Source: Phoronis australis
Lineage: Eukaryota; Animalia; Phoronida
NCBI GenBank assembly: GCA_002633005.1
Contig: NMRA01000078.1
Span: 942,233-1,006,232 of the forward strand
Length of the DNA: 64,000 nt
Direction of reading: 5' to 3'
Each line of letters starts with the position of its first letter. Positions within the stretch are counted from its first letter, which is position 1. The position numbers were made by a program, and so were the translations under genes. Below, one piece after another: positions 12,901-23,914 of this stretch. The notes under the pieces are model-generated. The model saw only the letters and a list, made by a program, of their open reading frames with translations, made no database searches and had not been told where the DNA came from.

Positions 12901-15900
12901 TACAAGTCTATAAGTCTTGGGAGAGGCCACAGATGAGTGTAGTTTTCTTTTTTAAGAAACCTAACAACTTGTGTTACAATGGTGTATCTATCGAATTTAT
13001 ACATAAATGAATAAATAAAAAGTAGTTGGTGATGCTCCTTTGCCAAGCAACAGGAGACATACTAAATACAACTCTAACATGGCAAGAGCACAAACATCTT
13101 TGGCTTGACCAGATATTGAATTCTGGTGAACAAGGCCCGACGAGTTGACAGGGGTGAAATGCAATTTCTTTCATGAATAGTAATTTTGAGACATTGGAGG
13201 TTTTTGCGTGAATCGGTTAATTATCCCAATTCGCAGCAATGCATGACAGTCGCAAAGAATTTAAGAAAAATGCTGCGCAAAATCCCACTGCGTTAAAGCC
13301 ATTCAAGAATGCAGAATGCTGTCCACCAACTACACTATCGCCATCTAGTGACAGGGCGGATTTCACCATGCCGCTGCTATATCGAAAATTGCCCATTCAG
13401 AAATTACCAAGCATGCACTACTAATACAGTTAACATACAATGGTCAACAACGAAGTCATTCTGGAAAAGCATTGCAGCTGTTCGCTTAATTACATCTCAT
13501 TGGCCAGTTTGAAAAGATGTCGCCATTTAAAAATCGAACCCAGGCTCTCCCAAATATTACCTGGGCACTCTTGACCACTGAGGTGAGCTGCCCATGGTCT
13601 GAATAGCTCAGAGGTCAGAATGTCCTGCTAGTATTTTGGGAGATCATGAGTTCGATTACTAGGTAGGAATGGACAAATTATATCTAACTGGCAAATGAAG
13701 TGTATGTAATTAGGTGAAAACTTATCGAGCTTTCCAGAATGATATTTTGGCACTGTTGATAAATCCCACATCAGATGATAATTACTGCAATTCTGCGGTA
13801 AATTTATGTAAAACTATGAAGCAAAAGTCAATGCTATGTGGGCAACCAAAAGTAAGTTCATGTAATAACAATATTTTAATAAATTCCAAGAAAATGAATT
13901 CATGTGAAGTGCTTTAGTTTTTTACATTTCTGTTGCTTTACAATTAGTGCCTATTAACCAGTTTCTTTAATCCAATTCACTTGATGTCATTTCAAGGAAA
14001 ACGAAGCACATACCGGTGGAAGATAAGTCTTCAGGCAGGGTGACGATGAAATTAGAACTAATATTGAGGGGGAGTGTTGTGAAAGTCGCTTTGTATGCAA
14101 CACCTGGTGTCACTCCAGAGATACAATCAGTGCGAAGAGTTGGCTGCAAAAGATGTCGTAAAGTGCAGATGGGACTATACGATACCATCCTTCACACAGA
14201 ACAGCAAACAAGAGTGGCTACAAATTCACTAGCTGGCGTTAGAGTAACATTTCCTTATTTAACTCTATTCATCCATTAAAAAGAATGCCATACTATTCAT
14301 GGAACCCTTAGTGAGTGTAGTGTTGCAAAATACAGATGGCAATGGTTGGATATACATTTTGAGAACCAGTTTGATGCCCATAATTCAATGGAGAAAACTG
14401 GTTAATAAAATGCGGCACGTTATATGCAACAATTACCAATGACTTCTACCCAAGGTGAACCAAAAGGCTTTACTGTCTGCTCTGGGGCTGGGATCAAATC
14501 ATTCTGCTTGAAATTGAACTCAACATATTTTTTTACATTTTCCGTTCTACTTTTGAGCAAACTCAAATAACTGTCTGTTATTCTGTATTCGAGAAATTAT
14601 GGTTTATACAAATGAGTTGCTAGACCAAGTTTGCATTTGATTTTGCGGCAAAAATAGACTTGAATTTTGAACCAATGGGGTCATTAAGTGCAAACTAGGA
14701 TCAGACAGTCATCCACTTAAACCATAATGTACATGAATACATAATAACAGGCACTTACCTCGAGTTCACATAAAAGTAGAATAGAAAATGCCCCAAATCA
14801 CAATATTCTGGAATAATTTATGCTCATATACTGCTAATTTGTTAAGTAATATACGACCGTAGTTGAAGCACGTAAGCAACAACTGTAATATTAGAACACA
14901 GTAAGTAGCAAAAGTCTAATAAAAACGTCATACTTACGGGTTCCCCACATTCAGACTGTGTCGTACCCCTCAGGTCAAATAGATGACAGGGTGAACACAA
15001 CTGCGAGGTACTGCCCTTGTTATCCGCTATAGTGACTCTCACACCTTTCACAGAAGATAGGTAAACTGAAATAAAAAGTGATACATTGGTAATCATTTGA
15101 GTATTGGAAACACAAAACTGCACGCAGTAGGAATTTTAGTGATCTATTCGTCATCAATTTTTTTCGTAATGTCAGCAGGATTGGTACAGCATTGTTGTCT
15201 TAAAATAACTCGATATATTTTCCACGAAGTCTTTGAAAAACAGAGTTATCATGGTTTTACCAGAGTTTTTGTGTAAAACAACAGAAAAATCTATTATTCA
15301 ATAAATGTATGTTTTAGTATAATGGTTCTGAATAATTATTTTTCTCCATCGCCCTCTGGTCTCCTCTAAAAGTCTCACTGCAATTTGATAACATGGTNGT
15401 AAAGTGCAGATGGGACTATACGATACCATCCTTCACACAGAACAGCAAACAAGAGTGGCTACAAATTCACTAGCTGGCGTTAGAGTAACATTTCCTTATT
15501 TAACTCTATTCATCCATTAAAAAGAATGCCATACTATTCATGGAACCCTTAGTGAGTGTAGTGTTGCAAAATACAGATGGCAATGGTTGGATATACATTT
15601 TGAGAACCACTTTGATGCCCATAATTCAATGGAGAAAACTGGTTAATAAAATGCGGCACGTTATATGCAACAACTACTTATGACTTCTACCCAAGGTGAA
15701 CCAAAAGACTTTACTGTCTGCTCTGGGGCTGGGATCAAATCATTCTGCTTGAAATTGAACTCAACATATTTTTTTACATTTTCCGTTCTACTTTTGAGCA
15801 AACTCAAATAACTGTCTGTTATTCTGCATTCGAGAAATTATGGTTTATACAAATGAGTTGCTAGACCAAGTTTGCATTTGATTTTGCGGCAAAAATAGAC

Positions 15901-18900
15901 TTGAATTTTGAACCAATGGGGTCATTAAGTGCAAACTAGGATCAGACAGTCATCCACTTAAACCATAATGTACATGAATACATAATAACAGGCACTTACC
16001 TCGAGTTCACATAAAAGTAAAATAGAAAATGCCCCAAATCACAATATTCTGGAATAATTTATGCTCATATACTGCTAATTTGTTAAGTAATATACGACCG
16101 TAGTTGAAGCACGTAAGCGACAACTGTAATATTAGAACACAGTAAGTAGCAAAAGTCTAATAAAAACGTCATACTTACGGGTTCCCCACATTCAGACTGT
16201 GTCGTACCCCTCAGGTCAAATAGATGACAGGGTGAACACAACTGCGAGGTACTGCCCTTGTTATCCGCTACAGTGACTGTCACACCTTTCACAGAAGATA
16301 GGTAAACTGAAATAAAAAATGATACATTGGTAATCATTTGAGTATTGGAAACACAAAACTGCACGCAGTAGGAATTTTAGTGATCTATTTGTCATCATTT
16401 TTTTTCGTAATGTCAGCAAGATTAGTACAGCGTTGTTGTCTTAAAATAACTTGATAATTATATATTTTCTACGAAGTCTTTAAAAAACAGAATTATCATG
16501 GTTTTACCAGAGTTTGTGTAAAATAACAGAAAAATCTATTATTCAATAAATGTACTATGTTTTAGTATAATGGTTCTGAATAATTATTTTTCTCCACCGC
16601 CCTCTTGTCTCTTCTAAAAGTCTCACTGCAATTTGATAATGTGGTGAATCAAAAATGAAAAACTGACAAATGGTATAACCAACACACCTCCGGAGGGAAG
16701 TTGAAAGGCAAGACGCAGTCCCCAGGCAGCCTGTCTACGGTACACTTCAATGTATAGGACCTTCACCTCTCTGGCTTTGTTGGGCACAGTGGGCCATTGT
16801 ATGGCACCAGCACAGCCTAGAGAATAGAATAAATCAGTTAAGTGTGTTCTTTACTGTCTTACCGAGCGCTTGCACAATCACTGTGCTATCTTAAAAGGAC
16901 ATTGTCGACGAGAAAAGTAAAATAATACATAACAGACTTATAATCACAAATATTCAATTGGAACATCCATCATTGCCAGAGGGGATGAATCTAAAACAAC
17001 TGAGATGAAAACTTATAGACATGTGTGAAAAATACAATAACAAGGCCCTCATTCAACCAAAGGGAAAGGTGCCCATGCCTTCTGATAGGGAAATATTTTG
17101 GGGTGAGGGGAAAATTCTACCTCCTAATTACCATCAATAGCACTCTGTTGCACCCTCTGTCTCAAGTAGCTAAAACTAACACTTTGTGCTCTTTCAAATT
17201 GTCACCTGATTTGAACCTCGATGGTAATGTTTCAATCACTCGAGGGGATTCTTTGGCACCATAAGAGGAATTGTGCATTTTTTAAAATATTTTTTCAGAG
17301 GGGAATGGAGCCGATGTTCGGTCCCAAAAAGTGAGGGATTGAGGGCTTGAAGCAGTTTTTACACCTGTCCAGAATTAAATTATGTAATGTACTTTCTGTT
17401 TTTGTTCTCTTGACTTTTGCAATAAACATCGGGCAGCTATTACATCAGACATGCACTACAGCCTGTGTCATTCTGAGTATATGAGAGAACACTGAGAAAG
17501 TTTAAATCAACTAGGGAAATGTTTAATACCACTTCTTTAAACAAAATTTGCTGCCAACATACGCAAATATCAGAGCTCTGGATGCCATGATTTTGGGACT
17601 GAATATCAGTCCCATTCCCCTATGAAAAATCAGTTGCAATTTCCCTGATCAGACACAAAAATTCCCCTCCAATGATAAAAATTCCCCTCAAGGATAGTAC
17701 CACTAATAAAACATTTAAGTTTTGGGAACTTGAGACATTGGCACCTCTCAAAAGGCACAGACACCTTTCCCATCAGGTAAGTGAGGGCAGTTATAATACA
17801 TGATATTTAAGTAAATTTCATCTCACAGGCATATTCTGACAATGACAAGTACCGTAATCTGAATGTAATATCCATAGACCTAATTCACGCCGACAGGAGA
17901 CACGTTCCAAAATGAGGCTGGCTACGATAGGTCTGTTGGCTTATCGGCATAGTTCAGTGTACTCGGCGTTGCCGACGGCTAGAAAAAATTGGCCTGTTTT
18001 ACAATCCCTAAGGACACTGAGATTCGGAAGCATTGGGTCGTTACCATACCCTGCGACGAAGGAAAATATGTCAGTGTAAATGTTTCCGAATATTTTGATC
18101 ATATTTTGTCGCATCTCAGTTGCCGAGCATAGCAACAACTAGAGAACCTTCGGCCAGCCAGGCTGTTTTCATGACTACGGGCTGAAACATGATGCATTTT
18201 TCTTTCCAAAAAGGACAGGGCCCGCAATTCCTCGATTTTAGGGCCGAATATCGGCCCTATTCCCCTCTCAAAAATATTGAAAAATCATGCAAANGAACTT
18301 GCAACAGGATGGGGATGCTACTGATGGTGATCGGGAGGTAGATTTTTCCCCTCACTCGGCAAAATATTCCCCTCTCAGAAGGCACAGGCACCTCATTTTC
18401 CCCTTGAATGAACGAGGCCCCAGAAAAAACGTGATAACTAAGCTTGCTCTGTCCAGTTAACTGAAATTGAGCTCTCAAACGATGTTATGCTTTGGACTAA
18501 CGAATTAGGTGTTTTAATTTTAAAATTCAACTTGGTCGTCCAGATTGATATTTGAAACCTAACACATGAAATAGATGTAAGAATTATTAAAACCAACTGA
18601 AGAAAGCAGAAATGATGGTCAAATAATTTTTATTTTCAATTACGAGCTTAGTTATTTATTTTAATAACAAATATATTTAATAACATCAATTATTCTTTCA
18701 GATCAATGACAAATCAACTGTTATTCCCGGTAGTCCCCACCTCACCAGGACCTAGGCTATGCTTGATCAACAAATTAAACCAAATGTGACTAATTGCACA
18801 TCACAGCAAAATGTGATGAGACACCACTGTCGAACATATCTTCAACTCGTCAACAATACGAGCAGATGACCTGGTTCATGTAGAAAGCATTATCAACAAT

Positions 18901-21900
18901 TTACAAGAAAAAACAAAACCCTGAATTCACCACAATACCTTATCCGTAACACTACGATCGCCACAATTTGGTCATATTTACTTGTTATGTTTCGAACCTA
19001 GTTTTCCGAAAAAAAATTATAACCCTTTCGTCAGACAACTCTTAGGTGCATTGACTTGTTCTCTAATGTATTTTTCTACATCTCTGTTGTTAATTATCGA
19101 CACATTTTTAAGCTTTAATATTCAAGTTGGACTCGAAAGACCGGCCATTTAACTCAAGCAATGTCAACTTCTGCTTTGTTTATCGCAGTGAGCCTCGCTT
19201 TGGATTTTAATGTCCGCCGCGTGAATTAAGTCTATAAGAGCAAAACAATCATAAACAACTAAAGTCTAATGAAGCCATGTATTAACTAAAGTGTAATACA
19301 CGGATTAAAAAAATCAATGTTAAACTCAACTAGAACAATGTATTTATAAACTGTTACTTTTGCGCGGCGACTACGCGTATTTTAAGTTCTTTCACTACCA
19401 TCAACTTGGGGCAGATTGTCGTGTGCCAACCTGTTCTTTTCTAGCGTAAAGTAGTTCATTTTGATTTTAACTCATGGCTATACATGACTTCAATGCAGGA
19501 TGCAAACAACATTCACTACGGTGAGAGTAAACTTACTTGTTGTTGCGTATAACGAGCAATTCCTTTGTGAACTGTTAGCGCATCTGTTATTGGTTGGCTG
19601 CAACAAGGAAAAACAGTGATGAAGGTAAAAATTCTCCAGTTTGGGATAGTGAAAAGTTAATTATTTAACTAAAGGATGGCCCTTGCACCAAGTTTTAGAA
19701 ACAGGCAATATTAGTTGTCCTGAATTCAAGAAAGATCAACGACCATGATCATTCAACGCGATGTTACACACTATGGGACGTACTGAAATATTCCATTAGT
19801 GGCTATTTTGTGAAAAATCAATAAACTGGCTAACCTATTTTCACACATTAGTAAAACAGGTGTCCCAGATGCTTTGGAAATGTCGCCGATGGAAAATTCC
19901 ACAATTCTAAGAGCGTGGCTAAGATCTGATACCAGGTGGTGCCTGGTCATATAGAAACGGTAAGAGTATAGCAACAAGTACTTTCTGTTCCATGTGGTAC
20001 CTTAAAAGCCACTGTGTCTTCGCTCACCAGTAGGCAATTACTCCTTAGCTTACTGGTTCAAGCACAAGTAAAACATGCCAGACTTTGATTCCCTCCCTCT
20101 CAACCTGCAGAATTTTCTTCAGAGCCCAAACTCCAATTGTAATGCATGTCATCCAATATGTCTTTGGTTTATCTTTCCGTTTTTCTGTTATACACTTGCT
20201 AAAATGCTGTGCTTTTACCTGAAGTACTGGGATTTTTACCAAATATCGGAAATCATCTTAGTCTTTGACAGTTTTCTTGTAAAAAGTTGACTATGGGAGA
20301 CGGAATTCAGGGAACTTTGTGTGGAGAGGAGTAGGCAGTTGTACCAACTGTGGTATGGCTCGACCAACAGTGAATAACATGGAATGTAACATAGACATAA
20401 TATAGATAGTGGGTTTAGTAATATTCTACAATTTAGTCAGCGTGAAATTTTGTGGAGTTTCACTTGAGCATCCCTCCCTGGACGCCATTTTGAGAAAGTT
20501 ACACGAAATCACGCCAGCTCACGAACAAAAAGTCCAAGTTCTTCCAGCATGACACAACAAAAGGTGCTACGCTACGGTTCTTTCATTGTGGTCTAACCAG
20601 AAAACATTCTTGAGCATTCCAATTCCTGTGTCACCACCTAAGCTTCACAGTGCCTATTCGGGTATTGCACATCGGTGAAAAAGTTTACGCCAACCAAACA
20701 ATCGAATTGGAATTCTTCATGAAATCTGCCTCATAGAGGGTATGCATAGAACCAGAAAGAATTCCATTAAAATAAGTGTTTTTACAAATGACTCATAAGT
20801 ACAAAATGCATTTTTGACTTCTGACTTGGTAGCCAGAATTCAGCTATGACCTTTTAATACAGGCTAGACATGGACAACAGTCTCTAGCTGGCCCTACTAT
20901 GGATGGCGACGCTCCTAGAGGAGCTTCATATGCCAGAAGCTTTTCGGCGAATTATGGCTTACACTGATCAAAACATCAAAGTCATGTTGTCATAAGTACC
21001 TTAGAAACACCTTAGGAGGCTGTTGGTGTCTTTAATTCCTTCCAACTCGAACAAATAGTCTCGTAATTAAACTTTTTCTTCGAGTAGTCCTTCATTCAGT
21101 TGCCCTAATCGGCAACTGGCCATTTTTACACTGCACACACCAGGGAATATGACGTCGTATCACCTGCTGCACACAGTTTTAAAAATGGCAAGTTACCAAT
21201 TTTGGGAACTGAACGAGGGAATGCTCAAAGAAAAAGTTTGATTTAATCAAAGTATTTGTTCGAGTGAAGGAATTAAAGACATCGACGGCCTCCTGCTAAA
21301 GTGTCCCTCTATAAACAAAAGGTATTTATAACTACGTGACTTTAATGTTTTAGTCGGTATGAGATGAGGCATAACTTGCCGAAAAGCTTCCGGCACACAA
21401 CTCCTATTATAGGAGATACAGCGTCTCTATTGAGCCAGCTAGAGACGATGGTCAACTGTCTAGTGTAAAGAATCAATTGTGCTTGTAGTGTTAGTTGTAC
21501 TAGACTCAAGTTTTATATAAACTGTTAACTGTAATGTCTCCACATCTAGCAAACCAGGAAATTCATTTTAGTTTTTTACGATTCCGTGAATTTGATTGAT
21601 TGTTCAAACAACCCAATAAACAGGTAAAACAAATAATGAATTTTCTCGGATACTTACTTCTTTTATACAGTACAGGGTTGAACACTTAGATGATTCTGTG
21701 TTAATACATGAACAAATTATAACTTCCACGAAGAAAACGCAATAAAAACTCGATACAACCAAAAAATTAGTCCAGCCAGGAAAGGCAGACATGTTGACTC
21801 TAACACTAGCGCCCCCTACTCTTTGAGTCGTACAAGAATTTGTGCAGTGTTTTGAAACAGTCTCAAAAGACTATAATTTCTGGAGAAAAGATGAGAAGGT

Positions 21901-23494
21901 GTATCANCGTCTGTCTTAGCTCGTCCGCCACTCCCGCCTCCAAACATTTTTGGCTCCATAGTCGTAGTATTTGACACCGCGGTTTACAATCATACGAGCC
22001 GCCATTGAGGAAATCCACCACGCTTTTCCCAGATGCCCCGGCAATGTTGACAATTTACGTTCCTCCGAGACATAAAGAGCAACTTCCGCTTTTCGAGGTG
22101 AAAGTCGTCGGCAACGCGGCGGTAAGAAAGAAATTTGCCGCGGAAATTTTATATGAAATCCGATTTTTTTACGCGGAAATATAATAATATACGCGGAAAG
22201 AACATTTGAAAAAAGTGGAAATCCGCGTTTCCGCGGAAAATTCCAAGCCCTGATGACACAACAAAAGGTGCTATGCTACGCTTCTTTCATTGTGGTCTAA
22301 CCAGAAAACATCCTTGAGCATTCCAATTCCTGTGTCACCACCTAAGCTTCACAGTGCCTATTCGGGTATTGCACATAGGTGAAAATTTTACACCAACCAA
22401 TCAATCGAATTGGAATTCTTCATGAAATCTGCCTCATAGAGGGTATGCATAGAACCAGAAAGAATTCCATTAAAATAAGTGTTTTTACAAGTGACTCATA
22501 AGTAGAAAATGCATTTTTGACTTCTGACTTGGTAGCCAGAATTCAGCTATGGCCTTTTAATACAGGCTAGACAGGGACAACAGTCTCTAGCTGGCCCTAC
22601 TACAGATGGCGACGCTCCTAGAGGAGCTTCATACGCCAGAAGCTTTTCGGCGAATTATGGCTTACACTGATCAAAACATCAAAGTCATGTTGTCATAAGT
22701 ACCTTAGAAACACCTTAGAGGCTGTTGGTGTCTTTAATTCCTTCCAACTCGAACAAATAGTCTCGTAATTAAACTTTTTCTTCGAGTAGTCCTTCATTCA
22801 GTTGCCCTAATCGGCAACTGGCCATTTTTTACACTGCACACACCAGGGAATATGACGTCGTATCACCTGCTGCGCACAGTATTAAAAATGGCAAGTTACC
22901 AATTTTGGGAACTGAACGAACGGGAGAATGCTCAAAGAAAAAGTTTGATAATGAAAGTATTTGTTCGAGTGAAGGAATTAAAGACATTGACGGCCTCCTG
23001 CTAAAGTGTCCCTCTATACACAAAAGGTATTTATAACTTTATAACTACGTGACTTTAATCAAGTTTAATGTTTTAGTCGGTATGAGGCATAACTTGCCGA
23101 AAAGCTTCCTATAATCCTATAGGAGATACAGCGTCTCTACTGAGGCAGCTAGAGACGATGGTCACTGTCTAGTGTAAAGAATCAATTGTGCTTGTAGTTT
23201 TAGTTGTACTAGACTCAAGTTATATATAAACTGATAACTGTAATGTCTCCACATCTAGCAAACCAGGAAATTCATTTTACGATTCCGTGAATTTGATTGA
23301 TTGTTTCAAACAAACCAATAAACAGGTAAAACAAATAATGAATTTTCTCGGATACTTACTTCTTTTATACAGTACAGGGTTGAACACTTAGATGATTCTG
23401 TGTTAATACATGTACAAATTATAACTTCCACGAAGAAAACGCAATAAAAACTCGATACAACCAAAAAATTAGTCCAGCCAGGAAAGGCAGACAT
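3111..23494 (-). CDS. IL17RD: IL-17 receptor D/Sef-like SEFIR-domain type I receptor, spliced gene, ~707 aa; exons 23360-23494 (or 21658-21792), 19537-19597, 16688-16816, 16179-16306 (or 14938-15065), 14014-14143, 12508-12674, 11683-11815, 10776-10928, 9099-9152, 7606-7751, 3111-3998
   Basis: All exons are bounded by AG/GT with matching phases and sum to 2124 nt in one frame. Product has a signal peptide, Cys-containing ectodomain, TM helix LIIGIVGGVFLMVAVVVISVACYC+RRK, SEFIR (LLLLYSYDCPSH..VVQAFALYL..CNVRLDIW; ADIVIVVCSAG; FAAVYFPYCTESDVP) and SEFEX (SGAELHRAI..NPNWFQE), resembling vertebrate IL17RD/RA. Exact orthology to IL17RD is inferred. Confidence 0.88.
6004..6260. repeat. Minisatellite, ~9 x 28 bp (TTTATCATCATAACGTAGAGTTTGATGA)
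   Basis: TATCATC recurs every 28 bp from 6009 to 6233. Confidence 0.95.
6916..6971. repeat. (AAT)n microsatellite
   Basis: Read directly from the sequence. Confidence 0.95.
7606..7751 (-). CDS. IL17RD: IL17R exon 10: SEFIR N-terminal part
   Basis: atttaacag|AG...CAG|gtaagt; encodes FRQVPRLLLLYSYDCPSHWKVVQAFALYLKEVLNCNVRLDIWHQTEVQ; phase 1 to 0. Confidence 0.92.
8519..9069. mobile_element. PIF/Harbinger-like MITE with a nested small repeat (~8591-8660)
   Basis: ~26-bp TIR agctgcttttacatgagagacagttg / cagctgtctctcgtgtaaatgcagct. The nested repeat also occurs at ~4214, 14357, 15598 and 32255. Confidence 0.65.
9099..9152 (-). CDS. IL17RD: IL17R probable exon 9 (juxtamembrane, 54 nt, symmetric)
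   Basis: catttctcaag|GT...TTTG|gtgggt; GGFQMRRFQNGQHDATSF; phase 1-1, so frame alone does not require it. Confidence 0.6.
10776..10928 (-). CDS. IL17RD: IL17R exon 8: stalk and transmembrane helix
   Basis: ttctgcacag|AT...CAGG|gtgagt; DSIGPVTTTLPSTVAPNVVQLIIGIVGGVFLMVAVVVISVACYCRRKYKYQ. Confidence 0.92.
11683..11815 (-). CDS. IL17RD: IL17R exon 7 (ectodomain, second FnIII-like domain)
   Basis: ctcttttcag|GAC...GAAG|gtacta; DTNSYTRLDLESGEYHVTINAISNNCTLSKCPMTSSRKFDVPSE; phase 0 to 1. Confidence 0.88.
12508..12674 (-). CDS. IL17RD: IL17R exon 6 (ectodomain)
   Basis: ttgttgcag|AT...CAC|gtgagt; DPATLEDWRSVLSVSVMQSNLKVLFQRAPGRFKVKRYQLRIWNSISVEPIVQELDH; the W..VxF..AP..F...Y pattern resembles the IL17R D2 domain. 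Confidence 0.88.
14014..14143 (-). CDS. IL17RD: IL17R exon 5 (ectodomain)
   Basis: cttttgcag|CCA...ACCG|gtatgt; PTLRTDCISGVTPGVAYKATFTTLPLNISSNFIVTLPEDLSST; phase 0 to 1. Confidence 0.88.
14938..15065 (-). CDS. IL17RD: IL17R exon 4, copy A
   Basis: ttatttcag|TT...CCC|gtaagt; VYLSSVKGVRVTIADNKGSTSQLCSPCHLFDLRGTTQSECGEP; phase 1 to 0. Confidence 0.8.
16179..16306 (-). CDS. IL17RD: IL17R exon 4, copy B (probable second allele)
   Basis: Same splice sites, offset 1241 bp from copy A; differs by R>T and I>V (VTVTVAD). Confidence 0.75.
16688..16816 (-). CDS. IL17RD: IL17R exon 3 (ectodomain)
   Basis: attctctag|GC...GGAG|gtgtgt; SCAGAIQWPTVPNKAREVKVLYIEVYRRQAAWGLRLAFQLPSG; phase 1-1. Confidence 0.85.
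17876..19233. mobile_element. Non-autonomous DNA transposon (ISL2EU/Harbinger-like, AT flanks) with a nested hAT-like MITE
   Basis: at|agacctaattcacgc ... gcgtgaattaagtct|at inverted termini. Confidence 0.6.
19537..19597 (-). CDS. IL17RD: IL17R exon 2
   Basis: ttccttgttgcag|CCA...ACAA|gtaagt; PTNNRCANSSQRNCSLYATT; phase 0 to 1 bridges exon 1 and exon 3. Confidence 0.8.
20860..21465. mobile_element. Foldback MITE with ~200-bp imperfect inverted arms and TA flanks (second copy ~22563-23174)
   Basis: Paired arms: ctagaca..gtctctagctgg / ccagctagagac..tgtctag; gaagcttttcggc / gccgaaaagcttc; tctttaattcctt / aaggaattaaaga. Confidence 0.75.
21658..21792 (-). CDS. IL17RD: IL17R exon 1 (signal peptide), copy A
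   Basis: ATG...GAA|gtaagt; MSAFPGWTNFLVVSSFYCVFFVEVIICSCINTESSKCSTLYCIKE. Confidence 0.72.
21908..22252 (-). mobile_element. Partial inverted copy of the 33462 element, truncated by the N junction
   Basis: Reverse complement aligns to ~33462-33810; ends in CAAGCCCTG, directly followed by ATGACA. Confidence 0.85.
23360..23494 (-). CDS. IL17RD: IL17R exon 1 (signal peptide), copy B, contiguous with the promoter
   Basis: Same as copy A except S>T (IICTCIN); phase 0 donor gtaagt. Confidence 0.8.
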
Positions 23495-23864
23495 GTTGAC
23501 TCTAACACTAGCGCCCCCTACTCTTTGAGTCGTACAAGAATTTGTGTACTGTTTAGAAACAGTCTCAAAAGACTATAATTTCTGGAGAAAAGATGAGAAG
23601 GTGTATCAAACATTTGCTTAAGATCCTCAAAATATAGGAAATGTAGTAGAAGTGCATATTTTCAGTGGCTTGTCAACTATTTACTCTTTTTATTAACCTA
23701 AACGGTTCATCTTCTTTGTAACAGGTTTCCTGATTGGTCAAATATTGTTGACCTATTTTCCGCCAGTATTCAAACAAAGAAACAGTCGTTGCTTCACCTA
23801 AAATAAACATGTACTGTTGTGAGTGTGCGTACATTGCTTAATGATCAGCTGCTTTTAAATCGAA
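23495..23864. promoter_or_regulatory. Probable bidirectional promoter shared by IL17R (-) and ARHGEF3/NET1 (+)
   Basis: Only 370 bp separates the two divergent start codons. Contains ATTGG (CCAAT box, 23733-23737), TTTTCCGCC-N4-TTCAAA (23756-23774) and a CTCF-core-like GCGCCCCCTA (23511-23520). Confidence 0.6.
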
Positions 23865-23914
23865 ATGGATGGATTTAAAACTCCAAAACGCAAAGAGGAT
23901 TGCGAAAACTTGTG
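23865..23914 (+). CDS. ARHGEF3: ARHGEF3/NET1 exon 1a
   Basis: aaaATGG...TG|gtaagt; MDGFKTPKRKEDCENL(W); phase 2 fits exon 2. Confidence 0.72.

Larger units (their letters stand above)
14158..16645. repeat. Direct duplication of ~1.24 kb (14158-15397 / 15399-16645) joined at N15398
   Basis: Near-identical copies with scattered SNPs and indels; includes IL17R exon 4; likely uncollapsed haplotypes. Confidence 0.92.
20549..23608. repeat. Direct duplication of ~1.36 kb (20549-21906 / 22253-23608) separated by N21907 plus a transposon end
   Basis: Near-identical copies; includes IL17R exon 1; likely uncollapsed haplotypes. Confidence 0.92.

Noticed and set aside
21658-23494. Two genuine alternative signal-peptide exons or promoters for IL17R
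   Set aside because: Copy A is cut by an N about 115 bp upstream of its ATG and differs by one base; allelic redundancy is more parsimonious.
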